From assembly GCA_964016885.1 (NCBI GenBank), contig OZ024743.1, forward strand, positions 317,316,001 through 317,380,000: a DNA stretch of 64,000 nt, written 5' to 3'. Shown here piece by piece: positions 44,501 through 57,297 of this stretch. Both the position numbers and the translations under genes were made by a program. How positions within the stretch are numbered: the first letter of the stretch is position 1; the number at the start of each line of letters is the position of its first letter. Origin of the DNA: Eledone cirrhosa. Lineage: Eukaryota. The notes under the pieces were generated by a model. It saw only the letters and a program-made list of their open reading frames with translations. It ran no database searches and had not been told where the DNA came from.

Positions 44501-47500
44501 ATAGGTACACTATATCACTGTATATCTGGTTTACAATAGGTACACTGTATCACAGTATATCTGATTTACAATAGGTACAATGTATCACTGTATATCTGGT
44601 TTACAATAGGTACACTGTATCACTGTATATCTGGTTTACAATAGGTACATCATATCACTGTATATCTGGTTTACAATAGGTACACTGTATCACTGTATAT
44701 CTGGTTTACAATAGGTACACTGTATCACTGTATATCTGGTTTACAATAGGTACACTGTATCACTGTATATCTGGTTTACAATAGGTACACTGTTTCCTTG
44801 TATATCTGGTTTACAATAGGTACACTGTTTCCTTGTATATCTGGTTTACAATAGGTACACTGTATCACAGTTTATCTGGTTTACAATAGGTACACTATAT
44901 CATTGTATATCTGGTTTATAATAGGTACACTGTATCACTGTATATCTGGTTTACAATAGGTACACTGTATCACTGGTTTACAATAGGTACACTATATCAC
45001 TGTATATCTGGTTTACAATAGGTACACTGTATCACAGTATATCTGATTTACAATAGGTACAATGTATCACTGTATATCTGGTTTACAATAGGTACACTGT
45101 ATCACTGTATATCTGGTTTACAATAGGTACATCATATCACTGTATATCTGGTTTACAATAGGTACACTGTATCACTGTATATCTGGTTTACAATAGGTAC
45201 ACTGTATCACTGTATATCTGGTTTACAATAGGTACACTGTATCACTGTATATCTGGTTTACAATAGGTACACTGTTTCCTTGTATATCTGGTTTACAATA
45301 GGTACACTGTTTCCTTGTATATCTGGTTTACAATAGGTACACTGTATCACAGTTTATCTGGTTTACAATAGGTACACTATATCATTGTATATCTGGTTTA
45401 TAATAGGTACACTGTATCACTGTATATCTGGTTTACAATAGGTACACTGTATCACTGGTTTACAATAGGTACACTGTATCACTGTATATCTGGTTTACAA
45501 TAGGTACACTATATCACTGTATATCTGGTTTACAATAGGTACATCATATCACTGTATCTGGTTTACAACAGGTACACTACATCACTGTATATCTGGTTTA
45601 CAATAGGTACACTATATCACTGTATAACTGGTTTACAATAGGTACACTGTATCACTGTATATCTGGTTTACAATAGGTACACTGTATCACTGGTTTACAA
45701 TAGGTACACTATATCACTGTATATCTGGTTTACAATAGGTACACTGTATCACAGTATATCTGATTTACAATAGGTACAATGTATCACTGTATATCTGGTT
45801 TACAATAGGTACACTGTATCACTGTATATCTGGTTTACAATAGGTACATCATATCACTGTATATCTGGTTTACAATAGGTACACTGTATCACTGTATATC
45901 TGGTTTACAATAGGTACACTGTATCACTGTATATCTGGTTTACAATAGGTACACTGTATCACTGTATATCTGGTTTACAATAGGTACACTGTTTCCTTGT
46001 ATATCTGGTTTACAATAGGTACACTGTTTCCTTGTATATCTGGTTTACAATAGGTACACTGTATCACAGTTTATCTGGTTTACAATAGGTACACTATATC
46101 ATTGTATATCTGGTTTATAATAGGTACACTGTATCACTGTATATCTGGTTTACAATAGGTACACTGTATCACTGGTTTACATTAGGTACACTGTATCACT
46201 GTATATCTGGTTTACAATAGGTACATCATATCACTGTCTATCTGGTTTACAATAGGTACACTGTATCACTGTATATCTGGTTTACAATAGGTACACTGTA
46301 TCACAGTATATCTGGTTTACAATAGGTACACTGTATCACTGTATATCTGGTTTACAATAGGTACATCATATCACTGTATATCTGGTTTACAATAGGTACA
46401 CTATATCACTGTATATCTGGTTTACAATAGGTACACTGTATCACTGTATATCTGGTTTACAATAGCTACACTGTATCACTGTATATCTGGTTTACAATAG
46501 GTACATCATATCACTGTATATCTGGTTTACAATAGGTACACTGTATCACTGTATATCTGGTTTACAATAGGTACACTGTTTCCTTGTATATCTGGTTTAC
46601 AATAGGTACACTGTATCACAGTTTATCTGGTTTACAATAGGTACACTATATAATTGTATATCTGGTTTATAATAGGTACACTGTATCACTGTATATCTGG
46701 TTTACAATAGGTACACTGTATCACTGTATATCTGGTTTACAATAGGTACACTGTATCACTGTATATCTGGTTTACAATAGGTACACTATATCACTGTATA
46801 TCTGGTTTACAATAGGTACATCATATCACTGTATATCTGGTTTACAATAGGTACACTGTATCACTGTATATCTGGTTTACAATAGGTACACCATATCACT
46901 GTGTATATCTGGTTTACAATAGGTACACTGTATCACTGTATATATCTGGTTTACAATAGGTACTCTACATCACTATATCTGGTTTACAATAGGTACACTG
47001 TATCACTGTATATCTGGTTTACAATAGGTACACTGTATCACTGTATATCTGGTTTAAAATAGGTACACTGTTTCCTTGTATATCTGGTTTACAATAGGTA
47101 CACTGTATCACAGTATATCTGGTTTACAATATTTACACTGTATCATTGTATATCTGGTTTACAATAGGTACACCATATCACTGTATATCTGGTTTACAAT
47201 AGGTACACTGTATCACTGTATATATCTGGTTTACAATAGGTACATCATATCACTGTGTATCTGGTTTACAATAGGTACATCATATCACTGTGTATCTGGT
47301 TTACAATAGGTACATCATATCACTGTATCTGGTTTACAACAGGTACACTACATCACTGTATATCTGGTTTACAATAGGTACACTATATCACTGTATAACT
47401 GGTTTACAATAGGTACACTGTATCACTGTATATCTGGTTTACAATAGGTACACTGTATCACTGGTTTACAATAGGTACACTATATCACTGTATATCTGGA

Positions 47501-50500
47501 TTACAATAGGTACACTGTATCACAGTATATCTGATTTACAATAGGTACAATGTATCACTGTATATCTGGTTTACAATAGGTACACTGTATCACTGTATAT
47601 CTGGTTTACAATAGGTACATCATATCACTGTATATCTGGTTTACAATAGGTACACTGTATCACTGTATATCTGGTTTACAATAGGTACACTGTATCACTG
47701 TATATCTGGTTTACAATAGATACACTGTATCACTGTATATCTGGTTTACAATAGGTACACTGTTTCCTTGTATATCTGGTTTACAATAGGTACACTGTTT
47801 CCTTGTATATCTGGTTTACAATAGGTACACTGTATCACAGTTTATCTGGTTTACAATAGGTACACTATATCATTGTATATCTGGTTTATAATAGGTACAC
47901 TGTATCACTGTATATCTGGTTTACAATAGGTACACTGTATCACTGGTTTACAATAGGTACACTGTATCACTGTATATCTGGTTTACAATAGGTACACTAT
48001 ATCACTGTATATCTGGTTTACAATAGGTACATCATATCACTGTATATCTGGTTTACAATAGGTACACTGTATCACTGTATATCTGGTTTACAATTGGTAC
48101 ACCATATCACTGTGTATATCTGGTTTACAATAGGTACACTGTATCACTGTATATATCTGGTTTACAATAGGTACTCTATATCACTGTATATCTGGTTTAC
48201 AATAGGTACACTGTATCACTGTATATCTGGTTTACAATAGGTACACTGTATCACTGTATATCTGGTTTACAATAGGTACACTGTTTCCTTGTATATCTGG
48301 TTTACAATAGGTACACTGTATCACAGTATATCTGGTTTACAATAGGTACACCATATCACTGTATATCTAGTTTACAATAGGTTCACTGTATCACTGTATA
48401 TATCTGGTTTACAATAGGTACATCATATCACTGTGTATCTGGTTTACAATAGGTACATCATATCACTGTGTATCTGGTTTACAATAGGTACATCATATCA
48501 CTGTATCTGGTTTACAATAGGTACACTATATCACAGTATATCTGGTTTACAATAGGTACACTATATCACTGTATATCTGGTTTACAATAGGTACACTGTA
48601 TCACAGTATATCTGGTTTACAATAGGTACACTGTATTACTGTATATCTGGTTTACAATAGGTACACTATATCACTGTATATCTGGTTTACAATAGGTTCA
48701 CTGTTTCCTCGTATATCTGGTTTACAATAGGTACACTGTATCACTGTATATCTGGTTTACAATAGGTACACTGTATCACTGTATATCTGGTTTACAATAG
48801 GTACACTGTTTCCTTGTATATCTGGTTTACAATAGGTACACTGTATCACAGTATATCTGGTTTACAATAGGTACACCATATCACTGTATATCTAGTTTAC
48901 AATAGGTTCACTGTATCACTGTATATATCTGGTTTACAATAGGTACATCATATCACTGTGTATCTGGTTTACAATAGGTACATCATATCACTGTATCTGG
49001 TTTACAATAGGTACACTATATCACTATATATCTGGTTTACAATAGGTACACTATATCACTGTATATCTTGTTTACAATAGGTACACTGTATCACAGTATA
49101 TCTGGTTTACAATAGGTACACTGTATTACTGTATATCTGGTTTACAATAGGTACACTATATCACTGTATATCTGGTTTACAATAGGTACACTGTTTCCTC
49201 GTATATCTGGTTTACAATAGGTACACTGTATCACAGTATATCTGTTTTACAATAGGTACACTGTATCACTGTATATTTGGTTTACAATAGGTACACTGTT
49301 TCCTTGTATATCTGGTTTACAATAGGTACACTGTATCACAGTTTATCTGGTTTACAATAGGTACACTATATCATTGTATATCTGGTTTATAATAGGTACA
49401 CTGTATCACTGTATATCTGGTTTACAATAGGTACATCATATCACTGTATATCCGGTTTACAATAGGTACACTGTATCACTGTATATCTGGTTTACAATAG
49501 GTACACTCTATCACTGTTTATTTGGTTTACAATAGGTACACTGTATCACTGTATATCTGGTTTAAAATAGGTACACTGTTTCCTTGTATATCTGGTTTAC
49601 AATAGGTACACTGTATCACAGTATATCTGGTTTACAATATTTACACTGTATCATTGTATATCTGGTTTACAATAGGTACACCATATCACTGTATATCTGG
49701 TTTACAATAGGTACACTGTATCACTGTATATATCTGGTTTACAATAGGTACATCATATCACTGTGTATCTGGTTTACAATAGGTACATCATATCACTGTG
49801 TATCTGGTTTACAATAGGTACATCATATCACTGTATCTGGTTTACAACAGGTACACTACATCACTGTATATCTGGTTTACAATAGGTACACTATATCACT
49901 GTATATCTGGTTTACAATAGGTACACTGTATCACTGTATATCTGGTTTACAATAGGTACACTGTATCACTGGTTTACAATAGGTACACTATATCACTGTA
50001 TATCTGGTTTACAATAGGTACACTGTATCATAGTATATCTGATTTACAATAGGTACAATGTATCACTGTATATCTGGTTTACAATAGGTACACTGTATCA
50101 CTGTATATCTGGTTTACAATAGGTACATCATATCACTGTATATCTGGTTTACAATAGGTACACTGTATCACTGTATATCTGGTTTACAATAGGTACACTG
50201 TATCACTGTATATCTGGTTTACAATAGGTACACTGTATCACTGTATATCTGGTTTACAATAGGTACACTGTTTCCTTGTATATCTGGTTTACAATAGGTA
50301 CACTGTTTCCTTGTATATCTGGTTTACAATAGGTACACTGTATCACAGTTTATCTGGTTTACAATAGGTACACTATATCATTGTATATCTGGTTTATAAT
50401 AGGTACACTGTATCACTGTATATCTGGTTTACAATAGGTACACTGTATCACTGGTTTACAATAGGTACACTGTATCACTGTATATCTGGTTTACAATAGG

Positions 50501-53500
50501 TACACTATATCACTGTATATCTGGTTTACAATAGGTACATCATATCACTGTATATCTGGTTTACAATAGGTACACTGTATCACTGTATATCTGGTTTACA
50601 ATTGGTACACCATATCACTGTGTATATCTGGTTTACAATAGGTACACTGTATCACTGTATATATCTGGTTTACAATAGGTACTCTATATCACTGTATATC
50701 TGGTTTACAATAGGTACACTGTATCACTGTATATCTGGTTTACAATAGGTACACTGTATCACTGTATATCTGGTTTACAATAGGTACACTGTTTCCTTGT
50801 ATATCTGGTTTACAATAGGTACACTGTATCACAGTATATCTGGTTTACAATAGGTACACCATATCACTGTATATCTGGTTTACAATAGGTACACTGTATC
50901 ACTGTATATATCTGGTTTACAATAGGTACATCATATCACTGTGTATCTGGTTTACAATAGGTACATCATATCACTGTGTATCTGGTTTACAATAGGTACA
51001 TCATATCACTGTATCTGGTTTACAATAGGTACACTATATCACAGTATATCTGGTTTACAATAGGTACACTATATCACTGTATATCTGGTTTACAATAGGT
51101 ACACTGTATCACAGTATATCTGGTTTACAATAGGTACACTGTATTACTGTATATCTGGTTTACAATAGGTACACTATATCACTGTATATCTGGTTTACAA
51201 TAGGTACACTGTATCACAGTATATCTGGTTTACAATAGGTACACTGTATCACTGTATATTTGGTTTACAATAGGTACACTGTTTCCTTGTATATCTGGTT
51301 TACAATAGGTACACTGTATCACAGTTTATCTGGTTTACAATAGGTACACTATATCATTGTATATCTGGTTTATAATAGGTACACTGTATCACTGTATATC
51401 TGGTTTACAATAGGTACATCATATCACTGTATATCCGGTTTACAATAGGTACACTGTATCACTGTATATCTGGTTTACAATAGGTACACTGTATCACTGT
51501 TTATTTGGTTTACAATAGGTACACTATATCACTGTATATCTGGTTTACAATAGGTACACTGTATCACTGTATATCTGGTTTACAATAGGTACACTGTATC
51601 ACTGTATATCTGGTTTACAATAGGTACACTGTATCACTGTATATTTGGTTTACAATAGGTACACTGTTTCCTTGTATATCTGGTTTACAATAGGTACACT
51701 GTATCACAGTTTATCTGGTTTACAATAGGTACACTATATCATTGTATATCTGGTTTATAATAGGTACACTGTATCACAGTGTATCTGGTTTACAATAGGT
51801 ACACTGTATCACTGTATATCTGGTTTACAATAGGTACACTGTATCACTGTATATCTGGTTTACAATAGGTACACTATATCACTGTATATCTGGTTTACAA
51901 TAGGTACACTGTATCACTGGTTTACAATAGGTACACCATATCACTGTGTATATCTGGTTTACAATAGGTACACTGTATCACTGTATATATCTGGTTTACA
52001 ATAGGTACTCTATATCACTGTATATCTGGTTTACAATAGGTACACTGTATCACTGTATATCTGGTTTACAATAGGTACACTGTATCACTGTATATCTGGT
52101 TTACAATAGGTACATCATATCACTTCTATATCTGGTTTATAATAGGTACACTATATCACTGTATATCTGGTTTACAATAGGTACATCATATCACTGTATA
52201 TCTGGTTTACAATAGGTACATCATATCACTGTATATCTGGTTTACAATAGGTACATAATATCACTGTATATCTGGTTTACAATAGGTACACTGTATCACA
52301 GTATATCTGGTTTACAATAGGTACCTTGTATCACTCTATATCTGGTTTACAATAGGTACATCATATCACTGTATATCTGGTTTACAATAGGTACACTATA
52401 TCACTGTATATCTGGTTTACAATAGGTACACTGTATCACTGTATATCTGGTTTACAATAGGTACACTGTTTCCTTGTATATCTGGTTTACAATAGGTACA
52501 CTGTATCACAGTATATCTGGTTTACAATAGGTACACTATATCATTGTATATCTGGTTTATAATAGGTACACTGTATCACTGTATATCTGGTTTACAATAG
52601 GTACACTATATCACTGTATATCTGGTTTACAATAGGTACATCATATCACTGTATATCTGGTTTACAATAGGTACACTGTATCACTGTATATCATCATCAT
52701 CATCATCATCATCAACGTTTAACGTCCGTGTTCCACGCTTGCATGGGTTTGGACGGGGGTAGTCCCACTTGAGGCAAGAGTGATTGACTTGCTCGCATAG
52801 GACTGTCTGGCAGGTTTTCTACAGTTGGATGCCCTTCCTAACACCAACCACATTTACAGTGTGTGTCTGGGAGGTTTTTACCGTGTTGCCTACACGGCCA
52901 CATTACAGCGTGGACTGTGTGTTTTTTTGTCGTGACACCTACACGATCTCATTTGTTTCGGCCTGGATGGCGCGGCACCAACATAACTTTACATAGAACG
53001 GGGTGGTGTGGATGGGGTGGGGGTGGGGGTGGTGGGACGGGGTGTATTTTGTTAGAGATGCCTACTGGCTGGAGTAGGTTTTACTATATATTTAGGTAAG
53101 GCGGGTCTTCTCTGTTACTGAGTACCTCCAAAGGTCTCGGTTCAGTGACATTGTCTTGGAGAGGTGTAAGTGTGTGATGTCGGAGTTTATCAGCTCGTCC
53201 CAGGTTTTTCTAGGTCTGCCTATTCCGTGACTACCGTCTATCTTTATTGCCCTGCACTTTGTTATACAGCTATCGACTTTCATGCGCATCACGTGTCCAT
53301 ACCAACGTAGCCTTCTCTCGAGTAAACAACATCTGATCCCTCTTATCTCTAATTTTTTCCTTAGTTCGTTTATGCTTTGCCGTTCACGTATATTACTGTT
53401 ACACATCCAGCGGAGCATGCAAGCTTCGTTCCTCTCTAGTCTGCGTATATCCTCTGCACACAATGCCCAGGTCTCACTGCCATGCAGCATTGCTGTTCGT

Positions 53501-54696
53501 ATGCAGGCAACGTACAACCTGCCTTTCATTTTTAGGGAGAACCCTTTAGCAGCTAATAGTGGTATAAGCTCTCTGAACTTTTTCCAACCAGTTCTGACTC
53601 TAGCTACAGTACTTTCAGAGCACCCTCCCCCACTGCTGATTTTATCGCCCAGGTAACGGAAGCTGTCCACTATTTCTATAGAACCCTCTGCGCAATTGAA
53701 AGAGCTAGTATTTTGTGGGCACTTGCTGCTACTTATTGCACCAGAACACCGGCCACATGTAAAATCTATGTTCTTAGTTAGCTTACCTGTGATCCCACTA
53801 CATCTTTTATGCACCCATACTTTGCATTTAGGACATAAAATGGAGTTTCTACCTACGCCTTTCCTACACACCGAGCACGACCATTTCCCAGAAGGGATCG
53901 CCGCCTTGTTTTCTTTCCTACAAACTAGAACTTTGGTCTTAGCCAGGTTAATTTTAAGTCCTTTTGACTCTAGTCCGTGCTTCCATGTTTGGAATTTCTT
54001 CTCTAGCTCGGCCATTGATTCCGCTATATCTGGTTTACAATAGGTACATCATATCACTGTGTATATCTGGTTTACAATAGGTACATCATATCACTGTATA
54101 TCTGGTTTACAATAGGTACACTGTATCCCTGTATATCTGGTTTACAATATTTACACTGTATCACTGTATATCTGGTTTACAATAGGTACATCATATCACT
54201 GTGTATCTGGTTTACAATAGGTACACTGTATATCTGGTTTACAATAGGTACACTGTATCACTGTATATCTGGTTTACAATACGTACATCATATCACTGTG
54301 TATATCTGGTTTACAATAGGTACATCATATCACTGTATATCTGGTTTACAATAGGTACACTGTATCACTGTATATCTGGTTTACAATATTTACACTGTAT
54401 CACTGTATATCTGGTTTACAATAGGTACACTGTATCACTGTATATCTGGTTTACAATAGGTACACCATATCACTGTGTATATCTGGTTTATAATAGGTAC
54501 ACTGTATCTCTGTATCTGGTTTACAATAGGTACACTGTATCTCTGTATCTGGTTTCAACAGGTACACTGTATCCCTGTATATCTGGTTTACAATAGGTAC
54601 ACTGTATCACAGTATATCTGGTTTACAATAGGTACACTGTATCTCTGTATCTGGTTTACAATAGGTACACTGTATCACTGGTTTACAATAGGTACA
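17588..54696. repeat. Intronic 35-bp satellite, roughly 1000 copies
   Basis: Consensus CTGGTTTACAATAGGTACACTGTATCACTGTATAT, with 27/33/37-bp length variants. Interrupted only by the RTE at 52693-54024. Confidence 0.99.
52693..54024 (-). mobile_element. Young 5'-truncated RTE LINE inserted in the satellite
   Basis: Uninterrupted 307-aa ORF 54015-53092, very similar to the 12435 copy. (ATC)n tail on the left. TATATC occurs at both junctions (52687-52692, 54025-54030) as a probable TSD. Confidence 0.95.
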
Positions 54697-54949
54697 GTGT
54701 AACTCTGCCATTGGGCTCACAAGATTAATCCCTGCTTTAGCTTTAAAATGTTTGTCTGTGTTAACATGGAGACTGGATTGTATAGAGACATGGAGGTGGG
54801 ATAGGGGTGTTTAAGCTGTCTGACTTATACATGTGTGTGTGTACTACTACACATGTATGTGTTTGCTACCACAAGTGTGTGTGTGCTACTACATATATTT
54901 ATGTAACTACAGTCTGTATAATACCACATGTCTATGTTACTACATGAGT

Positions 54950-56128
54950 GTGTGTATATGTCACAACTCTACATATCTGTCACAATGCTACATATGTCAC
55001 ACCTCTATGCATGTTACACTTCGAAATATATCTTTATCTGTTACAGCTCTGCATATGTCACACCTCTACGTTTCTGCCTATCTCTACATACCCGTCAAAC
55101 CTCTACATACCCGTCAAACCTCTACATATCCGTCACACCTCTACATATCTGTCACACTTCTACATATGTCACACCTCTACACATGTCACACTTCTACATA
55201 TGTCACACCTCTACACATGTCACATCTCTACATATGTCACACTACATATGTCACACCTCTACATATCTGTCATACTTCTACATATGTCACACCTCTACAC
55301 ATGTCACACTTCTACATATGTCACACCTCTAAACATGTCACACTTCTACATATGTCACACCTCTACATATGTCACACCTCTACACATGTCACACTTCTAC
55401 ATATGTCACACCTCTACATATGTCACATCTCTACATATGTCACACCTCTACATATGTCACACCTCTACATATGTCACACTACATATGTCACACTACATGT
55501 CACACCTCTACATACGTCACACTTCTACATATGTCACACCTCTACATATGTCACATCTCTACATATGTCACACCTCTACATACGTCACACTTCTACATAT
55601 GTCACACCTCTACATATGTCACACTACATATGTCACACCTCTACATACGTCACACTTCTACATATGTCACATCTCTACATATGTCACACCTCTACATACG
55701 TCACACTTCTACATATGTCACACCTCTACACGTCACACCTCTACACATGTCACACCTCTACATATGTCACACCTCTACATATATCACATCTCTACATATG
55801 TCACACTACATATGTCACACCTCTACATATGTCACATCTCTACATATGTCACACTACATATGTCACACCTCTACATACGTCACACTTCTACATATCTATT
55901 ACAGTTCTACATATGTCACATCTCTACATATGTCACACTACATATGTCACACCTCTACATATGTCACATCTCTACATATGTCACACTACATATGTCACAC
56001 CTCTACATACATCACACTTCTACATATGTCACATCTCTACATATGTCACACTACATATGTCACACCTCTACATACGTCACACTTCTACATATCTATTACA
56101 GCTCTACATATATCTGTATCTGTTACAG
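54950..56128. repeat. 17-bp minisatellite GTCACACCTCTACATAT (with 14-bp variants)
   Basis: About 65 units running directly into the acceptor of the 56129 exon. Confidence 0.95.
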
Positions 56129-56210
56129 CTCTACATATGTTTGATGTCTCTTCATGCTGCAATGTTGTCCATCAATCACTTTGTTGTCTGTATTGGTAAA
56201 GACTGGAAAG
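56129..56210 (+). CDS. ZDHHC3: ZDHHC3/7-like exon (TM3)
   Basis: LYICLMSLHAAMLSINHFVVCIGKDWK(G) aligns with ZDHHC3 [28 protein letters not shown]. Acceptor TTACAG, donor GTGAGT, 82 nt, phase 0 in as required. Confidence 0.9.
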
Positions 56211-56518
56211 GTGAGTGCTACCCCCACCTCCACCTCTCTCTTGCTCTCTCTCTCTATTGCTCTCTCTCTCTCTATTGCTCTCTCTTGCTCTCTCTCTCAC
56301 TCTCTTATTTACTTATTTTACTTATTTCTCTCTATATTTTCTTTTTCTGTGCTGTATATATCTTGTATAGAATATGTCAAAAAATATATAATGTCCTGTG
56401 TATATATAGTTTAGTGTAGGTCAGTGTATATAGTGTTGTGTGTATATATAGTGTATAATATGTCTGTGTGTGTATATATATAGTGTTGCTTATATATGTA
56501 GTTTAGAATATGTGAATT

Positions 56519-56553
<35 letters not shown>

Positions 56554-56564
56554 CCCGGCGAGTA

Positions 56565-56605
56565 CGTTGCTCTGACGAACACCAAGTGTGAAACAGAATC
56601 TGTCA
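56565..56605 (+). ncRNA. Minimal hammerhead ribozyme core, stem I truncated
   Basis: CTGACGA-ACAC(CAA)GTGT-GAAA-CAG(AAT)CTG-TC. The core and stems II and III are complete. The 3' strand of stem I is replaced by a SINE. Confidence 0.6.
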
Positions 56606-56607
56606 AT

Positions 56608-56936
56608 GGAGGCACATGGCTTAGTGGTTAGAGCATTGGGCTTGCAATCGAAAGGTTGTGAGTTCAATTCTCAGACCGGGTGATGAGTTGTTTCCTTGAG
56701 CAAAACACTTTATTTCACATTGATCCAGTTTATTCAGCTGTAGAAATGAGATGATAGGGCTGGGAACCCTATCATTCCACTGCAAAGTGGTCGTGGAGGT
56801 GCCACGGCAAAAAAGGCACCCAGCACTCACTGTAAATGAGGTTGGTGTTAGGAAGGGCATCCAGCTGTAGAAATCAAGACAGAATCCTGTCCTACCCTTG
56901 CAAGCAGGGAAAAGCGGACGTAAAATGATGATGATG
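56608..56936 (+). mobile_element. tRNA-derived SINE (family A)
   Basis: Near-identical to 14035-14378. Confidence 0.88.
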
Positions 56937-56987
56937 AACCCATGCTAGCGTGGAAGATAGATGTTAAACAATGATGATGATAATGAT

Positions 56988-57036
<49 letters not shown>

Positions 57037-57297
57037 GTCCTGTGTATATATAAAGTTTAGAACATGTCAGTGTATATAGTGTACAATATGTCAGTGTGTA
57101 TATATAGTGTTGTGTGTATATGTAGTTTACAATATATCAGTGTATATAGTTTTGTGTATATATAGTTTACAATAGGTCAGTATATATAGTGTTGTGTGTA
57201 TATATCTAGTTTAGGATTCGTCCCTGTGTGTATATAGTGTTCTGTGTATATCCAGTTTAGAATAAGCACATTGTATCCCCCATGTACTGTAAGGGAC

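Noticed and set aside
17588-54696. CRISPR-like array or repeat-protein gene
   Set aside because: The units are head-to-tail with no unique spacers, there are no cas genes, and the context is a eukaryotic intron. The 35-mer contains a TAG that closes each frame about every three units.
56105-56135. 35-bp satellite also derived from the TM3 acceptor (CTGTATCTGTTACAG vs CTGTATATCTGGTTTACAATAG)
   Set aside because: The alignment needs several gaps in low-complexity sequence, which is too weak to claim.
54833-56419. 528-aa His/Thr-rich ORF overlapping the TM3 exon
   Set aside because: The 17-bp repeat is stop-free in all three forward frames. Only 56129-56210 shows ZDHHC homology and has proper splice sites.
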